From NCBI GenBank assembly GCA_002269645.1, contig NIVC01001681.1, forward strand, positions 126,195-190,194: a DNA stretch of 64,000 nt. The letters are read 5' to 3'. Positions 39,289 through 51,599 of this stretch are shown in pieces (position 1 is the first letter of the stretch; each line of letters opens with the position of its first letter). The translations under genes and the position numbers were made by a program. This DNA comes from Macrostomum lignano. Taxonomy: Eukaryota. The notes under the pieces were generated by a model, which worked only from the letters and a program-made list of their open reading frames with translations, was not told the DNA's origin and ran no database searches.

Positions 39289-42200
39289 TTACATGGGGAA
39301 AACGTAGGCACAGATGGCTCCGTAGGCGGACTTCTCTTTCGCGCAGAATTCGCTGAATTCGTCAAACCCGAGCAGGGCGTCCGGCGCCACAGGCTGAAAT
39401 TTGAAATTGAACAAAACAGTATAATTGTGGAGCTGGTTGTGGAGCTCAAAATATTGAAATAGGAACACAGCCTCACCGTCCCGTCGAGGGCATCGCCATT
39501 GGCGCGCTTGGCAGAGCCGTTGCTGTCCTCCACTGAGACCGCCACATCCACCGCAGCCGCGCCCCCTTCGTCCCCTTCAGTTTCTGGGTCCTCTAGCTCG
39601 TCCGCCACGAAGCTGCGCACGAAACGACGAAATTCGGCTTTTGGGACGCTGTTGCATCCGGCCGGATCCATCACGCTGAACAGGGCTGCGAGAGGGGAGC
39701 GCGGAGTGAGCACTCAGGGTGAGCCACCACGTCATCAGCCACAACCCCGTCAGCCACAACCCCATCAGCCACAACCCCATCAGCCACAACCCCATCAGCC
39801 ACAACCCCATCAGCCACAACCCCATCAGCCACAACCCCATCAGCCACAACCCCATCAGCCACAACCCCATCAGCCGCAACCCCATCAGTCACAATCCCAT
39901 CAGCCGCAACCCCATCAACCACAACCCCATCAGCCGCAACCCCATCAGTCACAATCCCATCAGCCGCAACCCCATCAACCACAACCCCAACAGCCACAAC
40001 CCCATCAGCCACAACCCCAACAGCCACAACCCCATCAGCCACAACCCCAACAGCCACAACCCCATCAGCCACAACCCCATCAGCCACAACCTCACCAGTC
40101 ACACCCCCATCAGCCGCAACCCCATCAGCCACAACCCCATCAGCCACAACCCCAACAGCCACAACCCCATCAGCCACAACCCCGTCAGCCACAACCCCAT
40201 CAGCCACAACCCCATCAGCCACAACCCCATCAGCCACAACCCCATCAGCAACAACCCCATCAGCCGCAACCCCATCAGTCACAATCCCATCAGCCGCAAC
40301 CCCATCAGCCGCAACCCCATCAGCCACAACCCCAACAGCCACAACCCCATCAGCCACAACCCCAACAGCCACAACCCCATCAGCCACAACCCCATCAGCC
40401 ACAACCCCATCAGCCACAACCCCAACAGCCACAACCCCATCAGTCACAATCCCATCAGCCGCAACCCCATCAGTCACAATCCCATCAGCCGCAACCCCAT
40501 CAGCCACAACCCCAACAGCCACAACCCCATCAGCCACAACCCCAACAGCCACAACCCCATCAGCCACAACCCCATCAGCCACAACCTCACCAGTCACACC
40601 CCCATCAGCCGCAACCCCATCAGCCACAACCCCGTCAGCAACAACCCCATCAGCCACAACCCCATCAACCACAACCCCCAACCGAATTACCATGCATTCT
40701 CTCGGATTCGTCGAGGCTGCCGACTCTGTTGCTGAGCAGCATCAGCATGACGAACCCGTCGAACTTGAGGCTGTTGGTCCTGGAGTCGGCGAAGGCGTAG
40801 TACACGGAGCGCATGTCCGACTCGTCCCTCTGCAGCTTGGACTCCGGGTAGAGCTCGAGAAACTCCTGCATTGAGGTGAAGGGTGAGCATGAGGGGAGAT
40901 TGAAACATCTGCAAACGAAGTTAAGAATATAGCTACATGCCCTTATGATACTACTGACCTACTTGATACTAGTAGGCCGTATCGCGAATTATCTTAGAAC
41001 GTTTCACGTCGAATTTTTATTTTTATCAATGAGCTGCTGCGCTTGAACTTTTAGCTATTTTCTGTAAGCATGCAGAGGAGATAGTTTTTGTTTGCTTTCT
41101 TGCTCGAAGCGAGGAAAATTAGACCCTTGCTCTGAGATGTCGGAATGCAAACACGAGGCTGCAGCCTATTTTTATTTGTCTCTCTTACAAGCCAACAGCT
41201 CACCTTGAAGCTAATATAGCGTTTGCCCTTGGCCGCCTTCTTGAACATGGCCTCCAGCTTAGCCATCTGCTCCTCTGACACTGCAATTGGCAGGGCGGCA
41301 GGGCGCTTGAGGACTCAAAAGGCGCACTTGCGATTTTTGTTTGAAAAGAAAGAGAGATGGCTGGCTTTAGAACTGAAAGTGTAACTGTAATCTGACTCTT
41401 CAGATGTTCGGTGTTGCTCCCTTGCAATGCACAAAACAATCCACAAACCAAAGCCCAAATAAACTGCAACCCAAACTCCAAATTATCCATAATCCAAGCT
41501 CCAAATTAACCTCAATCCACGCCTCAAATAATCCACAACCCAAATAATCCACAACTCAAATAATCCACAAGTCAAATAATCCAAAACCCAAATAGTCCAC
41601 AACCCAAACGCTCCACAACCCATTTACTCCACAACACAAATAATCCACAACCCAAGTAATCCACAACCCAAATAATCCACAACCCAAATAATCCACAACC
41701 CAAATAATCCACAACCCAAATAATCCACAACCCAAATAATCCACAACCCAAATAATCCACAACCCAAATAATCCACAACCCAAATAATCCACAACCCAAA
41801 TAATCCACAACCCAAATAATCCACAACCCAAATAATCCACAACCCAAATAATCCACAACCCAAATAATCCACAACCCAAATAATCCACAACCCAAATAAT
41901 CCACAACCCAAATAATCCACAACCCAAATAATCCACAACCCAAATAATCCACAACCCAAATAATCCACAACCCAAATAATCCACAACCCAAATAATCCAC
42001 AACCCAAATAATCCACAACCCAAATAATCCACAACCCAAATAATCCACAACCCAAATAATCCACAACCCAAATAATCCACAACCCAAATAATCCACAACC
42101 CAAATAATCCACAACCCAAATAATCCACAACCCAAATAATCCACAACCCAAATAATCCACAACCAAATAATCCACAACCCTAATAATCCACAATCCAAAT

Positions 42201-42427
42201 AATCCACAACCCAAATAATCCATAATCCAAATAATCCACAACCCAAATAATCCACAACCCAAATAATCCACAACCCTCAACGTGAACAGTAGTTAATCCG
42301 CAGCCATCAATCAGACAAGTGGAGTCAAAGCAGCCCCAAATTCGGTCTCCAGTATCTCACAAGTGTGCCGCTCCATCAGGCCGACTCTCCGCCTCGCCGC
42401 CGCGCCGTTCCCGCAGGTGTTGCCCAT
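39289..42427 (-). CDS. N-myristoylated EF-hand protein (calcineurin-B/NCS-like), ~210 aa. Exons 42427-42361, 41280-41204, 40865-40691, 39685-39477, 39393-39289
   Basis: Phase-compatible exons: MGNTCG...LSEEQMAKLEAMFKKAAKGKRYISFK|EFLELY...FADSRTNSLKFDGFV...ALFSVMDPAGCNSVPKAEFRRF...LLGFDEFSEF...*. Confidence 0.75.
39730..40680. repeat. 15-bp minisatellite (CAGCCACAACCCCAT), intron 3 of the EF-hand gene
   Basis: Tandem array between assembled exons. Confidence 0.95.
41520..42275. repeat. 16-bp minisatellite (AAATAATCCACAACCC), intron 1 of the EF-hand gene
   Basis: Highly homogeneous tandem array. Confidence 0.97.
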
Positions 42428-43084
42428 CTTGCCAGGCCTCGCTAATAACCTAAATTAGCGAACAAAATACCGGAGAGAAAGGAGAGACAGCGCCGTGCTT
42501 TGTTGAGAAATCTGCTGGCTATAAAAGCCACCCTGAGACTCGACCTCACTTATGATACGACTTTTGCGCCGCATGTGACCGCCGCCCCCGCCCCTCCGTC
42601 CCAGAAACTCGCGCGCCACCAACTCTCTCACAACTGTTTCATTGCCGCCCAACCCGCTGCCCAATAAACTAGTTAGAATTAAAGTTTGCGTAATGACCCC
42701 CCCCCATAGCTAAGCCGAGGAGCACACACGGCTCTCATTTTAGTTGTTGAATGAATCGCACCATCTCAACCGCGGAGAACAACAAGAAGGCGATTTTGAC
42801 CTCCTCTGCGGCCGCCTCTCACTCTGTCTTGAAACCCCGCTTACAGCCAGGCACTCATCACAAGAGTGACTAGTAAGCCCATGGAGTTCTAATTTTAATT
42901 ATGCATTATAAAATCTGGAAATGGAAAACCGCTAGATGATTTAACGCAAAAAAATCTGCGCTTTATTAACAGCATTTGTCTCTACGAAATAGTCGAATAC
43001 TGTTTAATACAATCAAATACTGCCAAAGTTTTTGGTCTGGTTGAAATGCTCAAAAAGGAAGTCTGCTTTCCAATAAGGGGGTCC

Positions 43085-43230
43085 ACTGAGAGGATTCCAC
43101 TGAAAGGGATTCCACTGAAAGGGATTCCACTGGAGGGGATTCCACTGAGGGGATTCCACTGAAAGGGATTCCGCTCAGAGGATTCCACTGAGGGGATTCC
43201 ACTGAGGGGATTCCACAGAGGGGGATTTCA
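43085..43230. repeat. 15-bp repeat (GGGATTCCACTGAAA)
   Basis: Direct observation. Confidence 0.9.
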
Positions 43231-43284
43231 CTCCTATTTGGGCTTTTCCACTATATTTACAAATCCTAATCTCTGACAGACAAA

Positions 43285-43510
43285 ACCTCGACTGACACAG
43301 TCACAACTGACACAGCCACAACTGACACAGTCACAACTGACACAGCCACAACTGACACAGTCAGAAATGAACAGTCACAACTGACACAGTCACAACTGAC
43401 ACTGTCACAACTGACATAGTCACAACTGACACTGTCACAACTGACACCAGTCACAACTGACACAGTCACGACTGACACAGTCACAACTGACACAGTCACG
43501 ACTGACACAA
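43285..43510. repeat. 15-bp repeat (GTCACAACTGACACA)
   Basis: Direct observation. Confidence 0.9.
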
Positions 43511-44157
43511 TCCAGACCGACACAAACAGAGTCGCACAAACTCGACTTTAAAATACTAAATCAGATTTTTCGACCTCACCTAAGTCACTGTCTCAGACCT
43601 GAAAAGTGATCAAGATGGCGCACATCTGTTCTTACTTCAGTATCATTCCATAGTGCCCCACAGCAGCTCCGGCCAAACAGTGAAGTTGTAAACAGTCGAA
43701 AAAGATCAAAGCATTTTCTGTTGAGGTCGGCAATAATTGGCTCATTATTTTTCGGTTTCAGTCTGTTGACAGTTGCTCTCTTCACCCAGTGAATGCGCTC
43801 AGTGGGGGTCAGGCCGAGCAAGCACGCGCCTCCCCCCGTTCTCATTCCAAAGAACTGATGACCCTCAGCTGGACCAATCTGCCCAAGAAATTTTGTTGTG
43901 TCACAAGCGCTCAGCGCTCGAGGCTGAGAGGGGCAGAGATTGAGCGATGAGCTGGGGTGGGGGTGCCGCCTCTTTGTCTTTTCAAATTACTCAAGCCCAT
44001 GAAGCTTTGCTGCGAGTTGCTTCGATGTTTAGCAGAGCAGAAAGTGCAAATTCCATTCTCGGGGGCGGCTGAGCGGCAATGTTTAACCACTTGGCTAAAT
44101 GTGAACAAAACCATAGGCTTTATGCCAAGGCTGACCGCTTGCTCGCTGGCATAGAAT

Positions 44158-44532
<375 letters not shown>

Positions 44533-44869
44533 TTTAGTACAGCAAAAAAACTCCTGTCTTAAGTATCCATAAGCCTTTAAAAGGCATACTGCACCAATGT
44601 ATACGAGTGTAATTGTAACTTCGATTTCTAAGAGCAAAAGAGACCTTCTGAGTGCTGAAAAAGCCACGAGTCATTTCATTAAATGGACTTCGAAGCCGCC
44701 ATTCTTCTTTTGATGCTATTTTTGCAAGCTCACTTACCAAGCTGGGTGAGCCAGGCTTCCGCAAGAGCACTACGCTCGTAGCAACTCAGGCCCTGAAATA
44801 AGAAGTTCGTCTTGCCTGCCCTCCATCGAACTGACTTACTCGTAGCCCTGCCCTTCCCTGGTATTCACT

Positions 44870-45325
44870 CCTGACCTAACTCATGAGAATCACTCCTGAT
44901 CCTAGCCATGAGAATCACTCCTGACCCAACTCATGAGAATCACTCCTGACCCAACTCATAAGAATCACTCCTGATCCTAACCATGAGAATCACTCCTAAT
45001 ACTAGCCTTGAGAATCACTCCTGACCCAACTCATAGAATCACTCCTGATCCTAGCCATGAGAATCACTCCTGACCCAACTCATGAGAATCACTCCTGATC
45101 CTAGCCATGAGAATCACTCCTGACCCAACTCATGAGAATCACTCCTGATCCTAGCCATGAGAATCGCTCCTAGCCATGAGAATCGCTCCTAGCCATGAGA
45201 ATCGCTCCTAGCCATGAGAATCGCTCCTAGCCATGAGAATCGCTCCTAGCCATGAGAATCGCTCCTAGCCATGAGAATCGCTCCTAGCCATGAGAATCGC
45301 TCCTAGCCATGAGAATCAATCCTGA
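44870..45325. repeat. 25-bp array grading into a derived 19-bp array
   Basis: CATGAGAATCACTCCTGACCCAACT, then CATGAGAATCGCTCCTAGC. Confidence 0.9.
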
Positions 45326-46654
45326 CCCTAGCATGAGAATCACATTCGATTCACTCTTGACACGCCTTGAAGAAGGCCATGGGGATGGCAATCTGCCTGA
45401 TCACACTTATGAGACTTAGTAAGCAATAATTTAAAGCAAGTATTTTTGCTATGGATTGTATTCGGTGTTCGAGCAAAGCAGCTTTTCTTCTGAATAGATA
45501 AGTATAAATCTGGCGCACTGGAGTAATCTAATGAAGTTTTGCCGCCTATTCGATGGCTGCACAAAAGTGAATTCGAGATTCCAGCGGCTTAAATGCACGG
45601 CTGCTGTTGTGCTCGGACTTGTCTCGTCAATTCCAAGATTGGGAAACTGTGGGACTTTGAATTTAGCAGCTCAGCTTCCCCCCTTCTCCCATTTCCCCAA
45701 TCCATCTTTCCTTCTCTTTACCCACAACTCATTCCCTTACTCCCCTCCTCTTCTTCTCCAATATCCTTTGCAAGTGAAGTCAAAGTAAATCGAGTTTTTT
45801 TTCAGAGCAACTTCAGAAGAAGCAATGCAAAATGTCTTGATTTTCCCTTGCATGATTTTGAATTTAGGAAATTAAAAACTTCTCCATCAATCGGATTAAT
45901 ATGATGGGGATATGCCTTTGATCTCCGCTCCCTCCTGCTCAATTTCACATCCTGTCTGGGCTATAACAAGAATTCGCTTTTTCCCCAACTATCAGCAGAC
46001 AACTTGTAGATTCATTCCTGCACTCTTGAATACCTTATAAAGGGTGAACGAAGCGCGGCCATGGAGCTTTATATGTACCAAGGAGTTCTAGAGCAAAACT
46101 ATCTGGAATGGAAACGGACTGGCTAAATTAAGCTTATTTATCAATTTTTCACCTGTATGTTAAGAACTGCTGTCTATAAGCTCATTGAGAAAAATTGAGT
46201 TTGCCAATTGTTGTGACTGAATCAGCTGAGTGACCCACACGGATAAATCATAATTTCTAACTTACGTATTAAATATGACTCATGACGCAATGAATCAATA
46301 CAGCTCGTAGGGACTTTTTAGTTTAGTTAGAGGCAGGGGCTGCGTGCTCCACAGATTCTATATTACCTAGATGGGCCACTCCGGCGCGAAAACCCCGGGG
46401 TTTTGACCATAGACCATAGCTTTTGCTGCTCTCAAGACATTACGCTCGTAGCAGCAGCAGCTAGTGTCTGTGCCCTAACCCTGAGGTTTTCGGGGCCTCA
46501 GAGGCGGCCGCTAAATGAGCAAATGCTGGAGTGCCGCTTCTAGGTAAAATAGTATCTGTGGTGTACACCCTGCTGCACTTTAAGCGAAACTTTAAGTACA
46601 CAGGGGTGTACAGCGGCCCTAATTCATTTATCGTTAGGTTTGTCGTTTATCGTC

Positions 46655-46815
46655 ACTGTGCCTTGGGGGTTGGCCCTCAAGGTTGTTAATTGCACGAGCA
46701 GAGCCAAGCCGAGATTCTAACTCAGGCCCAAATTAATGAGACTGCACTTGGAATCGAGCCTGGGCCGCTGGCACATCAGAGCGCCGCGCCAGACCACTGG
46801 GCTCACGGCCCCTTG
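46655..46815 (-). mobile_element. tRNA-derived SINE, most complete copy
   Basis: GAGCCCAGTGGTCTGG A-box-like and GGCTCGATTCC B box; shared body. Confidence 0.7.
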
Positions 46816-47339
46816 TCCGTCGCGGCTTACAGAGCTGTGAAAGTTTTTTTAATTAAAAAATCCTGCTTTTATTTTTATTTCACACTAAGAAACTAACTTC
46901 AATTTTCAAAAGCAATAAAAGTTTCACTTCACCAAGCTAATAATTTGGCTAGCTTTGCCATATTGCGCAGGAAAAAACCAAAGAACATATTCAAGCGAGC
47001 TTGCATCAATGTAACCGAGTTCTATGAATTAAACTACCGTTTATTCCTGCTTAATCTTCTCATATTTACAGTAACTTTAATAAAATTCTATTTTGAACCA
47101 TCAGTACCGAGTCTTAGTGATTTTCTACACGTACTCTAAATAGAAAAAAAATTGAATTTCCAATTTATTTTTTACTCCTATTAATAATTGAAGCTTAACT
47201 ATGTGGAGCAACTAACTAGCATCGATATGGAATTCACTGCAGCATTTTCGACGTTTTCTAAAGAAGCAAACAATACATAATGGATATTACGAACAGACTT
47301 GTACAGCAAAGCATTGAAGGAGTGGGGTGGGCTACAGAC

Positions 47340-47635
47340 ACTGAGCGATAAGTTAAGTGAGCTAGCCAATGAGAGCTGCGGGAGTGGGGTGGGCTACAGA
47401 CACGGCGATAAGTCAAGCGAGCTAGCCAATGAGAACTTTGGGAGTGGTGTGGGCCACAGACACGGCGATAAGTCAAGCGAGCTAGCCAATGAGAACTTTG
47501 GGAGTGGGGTGGGCTACAGACACGGCGATAAGTCAAGCGAGCTAGCCAATGAGAACTTTGGGAGTGGGGTGGGCTACAGACACGGCGATAAGTCAAGCGA
47601 GCTAGCCAATGAGAACTGTAGGAGTGGTGTGGGCA
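47340..47635. repeat. 60-bp tandem repeat (about 5 copies), each with CCAAT and a GGGGTGGG-like box
   Basis: GATAAGTCAAGCGAGCTAGCCAATGAGAACTTTGGGAGTGGGGTGGGCTACAGACACGGC. Confidence 0.9.
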
Positions 47636-48204
47636 TCACACAGTGAAAGAAAATACATGCAAGCCAACCAATCAGCACTGAGGGAGCTAGAATCGTTTAA
47701 AGCAGGTTTTAATATCGATAGCTTAGTTTTTCAAAACAAAAAGGAATATCAACTGTACCAAGAATTGTTATACACTCGTTACAGTAAGTCGTTACAGGAT
47801 GTTACAGGAAATAAACAGCGTAATGAATAACAGGAATTCTTCAGACATTCGTAGACACAACACTAAAATCGGGACACAAATATTGGGCTAACGCAGAAAA
47901 AAATCTTTTTTTTGTTTTGTCGTTTCGATTTAACTAACTCAATTAACCAAACAGCAAGAGGTGCAAAGAGACAAAGTAAAATTTAGAAATAATCGTTCAA
48001 AATGGATCTGTGAGCATCTGTGGATGGGATGGCCCCAGACTATAATGCGCTAAGTCAGCCAGACATTAGCTTGGCTCTCTAAAAAGCAGCTATGAACTAC
48101 AACGAAAGTTTATTATCGATAACCAAATGACAACTAAAAAAAGAAACACATTAAAACACTCGATTACAGTTATGCAAAGACCAAGAGTCATACAAAACAG
48201 GTTT

Positions 48205-48672
48205 CACAAACTCGAAATTTCACAACGTCGAAAGCACCTTCTTTCACAAGATCGAAATTTCACAAGGTCGAAATTTCATAACATCGAAAACTCAAATAGC
48301 AACCACTTTCACAAGGTTGAAACTTCACAAGGTCGAAACTTCACAAGGTCGAAATTTCACAACATCGAAAACTTTAGCAAGGGACTTCAAAGGTCGAAAC
48401 TTCACAAGGTCGAAATTTCATAACATCGAAAACTCAAATAGCAGCCATTTTCACAAGGTCGAAATTTCACAACGTAAAAAACTACTGCATAGTTCTTGTT
48501 ATATTAAATTTTCGACGTTGTAAAATTTCGAGCTTATGAAGCTTCGACCTTGTGAAAGTGGCTGCTATTTGATGTTGTGAAATTTCGACCTTGCAAAGTT
48601 TCGACCTTGTGAAAGTGGCTGTTATTTGAGTTTTCTACGTTGTGAAATTTCGACCTTATGAAGTCTCTTGCC
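48205..48672. mobile_element. MITE/foldback-like palindrome built from 16-bp subrepeats (TTCACAAGGTCGAAAT)
   Basis: Left arm and reverse-complement right arm around a short spacer near 48480-48510; matching motif RGCAAGRGACTTCA at 48376 and 48672. Confidence 0.6.
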
Positions 48673-48849
48673 ATAGTTTATACAAAACATGCGCCACGGA
48701 TACGAAAAAGTATTTTTATTGCCAGAAAACCAAAAGGAAACAAAAGTGAAGCTCGAAATTAGCGCAATCGCAGACAAACATGGCCCTCACGAATCTCATT
48801 CTTTATTCTAGCGCATCAAATCGAAACAGTCTTTATTTAGCAGCAATAA

Positions 48850-49275
48850 ACATAATCAATCTTGGACGCTCCTCCCGGGGACACTTTGCCATAGACATAA
48901 TCAATCTTGCACGCTCCTCCCGGGGACACTTTGCCATAGACATAATCAATCCTGGACGCTCCTCTCCTCCCGGGGCACTTTGCCATAGACATAATCAATC
49001 CTGGACGCTCCTCCCGGGGACACTTTGCCATAGACATAATCAATCTTGCACGCTCCTCCCGGGGACACTTTGCCATAGACATAATCAATCTTGCACGCTC
49101 CTCCCGGGGACACTTTGCCATAGACATAATCAATCTTGCACGCTCCTCCCGGGGACACTTTGCCATAGACATAATCAATCTTGCACGCTCCTCCCGGGAA
49201 CACTTTGCCATAGACATAATCAATCCTGGACGCTCCTCTCCTCCCGGGGCACTTTGCCATAGACATAATCAATCC
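48850..49275. repeat. 45-bp minisatellite just downstream of the GPCR stop
   Basis: TTTGCCATAGACATAATCAATCTTGCACGCTCCTCCCGGGGACAC units. Confidence 0.95.
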
Positions 49276-49346
49276 CAAAGATTGATTATCACTTAAAACG
49301 AAGTTTCGCGTCCATCTACTTAAGTCGTCCTTGGTCCATGCCGGCT

Positions 49347-50489
49347 TCAGCCGCACCAACAGGCGGCCCGAAAGCGGCGAGCAAATTCACGTCGGAATTT
49401 CTTAGCCACCAGGCAGTAGAGAAAGAAATTAGCAGAATGATTGGCGTACATCAGCAGCTCTGTACAGGCCAGGCCGAGCTGGTAGCGAGCATAGAACACA
49501 GTGTCGTTGTTCGTCTCGAAGTTGATCACGGACGACAGGGAGCTGAGCACCTTTAGCACAGTGATGGGCAGCGAGGTGAAGATGAAGAAGAACGACACCA
49601 GCAAGAGCATCAGCGTCACCTGGTTGACGCTCCGGCCGAGACCAGACGACTGGTAGCTGAACAGTGGGCGCCGATTAGCGTTGGTGATTGAGTTCAGCGA
49701 GCGCTGCGGCCTCTCGGACGCTGCCAGCACGCAGGTGGAGCCGCCAGCAGTCTGCGTGTCGGCTGCCGCCACCGGCCGGAGCCGCACCGACTCGCTGGCG
49801 GCGTTCAACTGGCCGGAGTAGAGCTTCTTGGAGATGTACAGCTTGCGGATGATGAGGATATTGCACACCACCAGAATGGAGATGGGAATCAGGGAGTAGA
49901 GGGAAAAATCCAGCCAGGCGAGCGGCTGCTTCAACGAGGCGAATCTCGGGCGCAGGTCGCAGATTCGATGGGTCCGGTTCGACCCCGGCCGCCAGTGAAA
50001 GTCGTAGACGTCCAGCACGAAGAACCAGTGGGCGTTGAGCAGCAGGCAGACAATCAGGAGGGCGCCGATGATGCGACGGGTGCGCTCAACCGCCGTGTTG
50101 GGCGTCGGCAGCTGGGACAGCAGGACGAACACCCGTTCGAGAGTTACGGCCGCGATGAGAAACACGCTGAAGTAGGTGGCCATGGTGGACAGGAAGTTGC
50201 CGCCGATGCACAGCTCCACGCTGATGAGGGAGCAATCGTAGCCAAGCAGGCAGGAGATCCAGGACTTGAACAGGCCAGACAACAGGGTCACCTGGTCCGC
50301 TATGCTCAGCACTAACAGGTAATTGTGCGTGCCATTTCTTTTCACGTGGTTCTTCAGTATCCAGACAGACAGGCAGTTGGCAACGGACCCGACCAGGAGG
50401 AGCAGCGGACTGCCGGCCCAGCAGAGCCACTTGGCTGCCCGGAATTCCCAGTGCCGAGTGTAGAGCAGCAGGTCCTGATCGGATTGCAT
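49347..50489 (-). CDS. Rhodopsin-family (class A) peptide-type GPCR; 7TM region in one exon, possibly with an upstream exon (acceptor at 50535)
   Basis: Seven hydrophobic segments, G-N-like VGSVAN in TM1, LSIAD in TM2, LERV (DRY variant), FxxxxLP in TM6, NHSANFFLY (NPxxY variant), helix 8 KKFR. Confidence 0.9.
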   Translation of the reverse strand: MQSDQDLLLYTRHWEFRAAKWLCWAGSPLLLLVGSVANCLSVWILKNHVKRNGTHNYLLVLSIADQVTLLSGLFKSWISCLLGYDCSLISVELCIGGNFLSTMATYFSVFLIAAVTLERVFVLLSQLPTPNTAVERTRRIIGALLIVCLLLNAHWFFVLDVYDFHWRPGSNRTHRICDLRPRFASLKQPLAWLDFSLYSLIPISILVVCNILIIRKLYISKKLYSGQLNAASESVRLRPVAAADTQTAGGSTCVLAASERPQRSLNSITNANRRPLFSYQSSGLGRSVNQVTLMLLLVSFFFIFTSLPITVLKVLSSLSSVINFETNNDTVFYARYQLGLACTELLMYANHSANFFLYCLVAKKFRREFARRFRAACWCG

Positions 50490-51599
50490 GGCTGGGAGCG
50501 GAGGGCAGGTGGTGCGAACTCTAATACCAGCTACCTGAGACACAAGGTGTCATTTGGCAATTTCATAACGTAAAGATTTTCAGCCCCCCCCCCAGCTCTG
50601 TTTACGTGTAGAGCAAGACTTACATGTACGGAGTGAGAGGTATCAACCGAAGAAATCACTCTATTGAGAAATATCACCCAAGAGATTGCCTTCCCCTGGG
50701 AGATACCACTAAAGACATGCGTGATACGATGAGCTAGGAGATCGACATTATGCTAAAATAAATTGTTTCTTTGATATTGCAAAGCCGCGATTAGCATACT
50801 AATTAAACTATTCAGCAGAAGAGCTGATGCAATTAAAACAACTTTACAAGAGAATATTGTACGAATCTATATATACGAGCGTACTCAGTAAGCATTAATA
50901 GAAACTTACTTGAGCCAAGCTTTTTTGACAACAAATGTCAAGCGGTAGAGTGAGGAGGATCCTTGGGATTCTTGGCTGCTTGACCGAGGAATAGTAAGCG
51001 ATAAGAATTTGAGGGGAGGAGTGAGCAGTTTTATCTACTAACTCAACGACTTGCAAAGCTCATCCTGATATTTGAGCAGCCAATGACAGTCAGTCAGTCA
51101 GTCAGCAGTTCATAGATGTCCTAAACTATAAATCTGGACAATAAGCAAAGCTCTGACAGTCATTTTTATTCAAACTTCACGGACTAAAACCGCGATAGTT
51201 AATCAGCATCCAGTTAAACAGCTTTGCAACACAGAAACTTACATTGAGGATCCGTAGCACTTTATTGTCATGGAATTCTTATTTAAAATAATTAATATTA
51301 TTATTATATATATTGCTTTTCTCAGCCAAGTTCAGCCAACAAGTTGTGAATTCCCAGTTGGCAGCAGTACAGTAGATTTGGTAGTAGACTTCCATGCAGT
51401 AAAGATCAGAATTACCTGCTTGATTTCCCTCTCCGTCTGTGTCTATGGACAAGACCAAATCTACTGTTGCCAAATGGCTCGATCAACTTGATTTGCTCAA
51501 AACCTCTTCAAGACGGTGGAAATATTCGCCACTCTCCGTTTCAGTTGGATGGGTCAAATTCGGGCCATAGACACAAATTTCTGCTCAACCCTGTATCCC

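Noticed and set aside
39499-42280. (QPHQP)n, (VVADG)n and (WIIWVVDYLGCG)n ORFs
   Set aside because: Intronic 15- and 16-bp arrays inside the assembled EF-hand gene.
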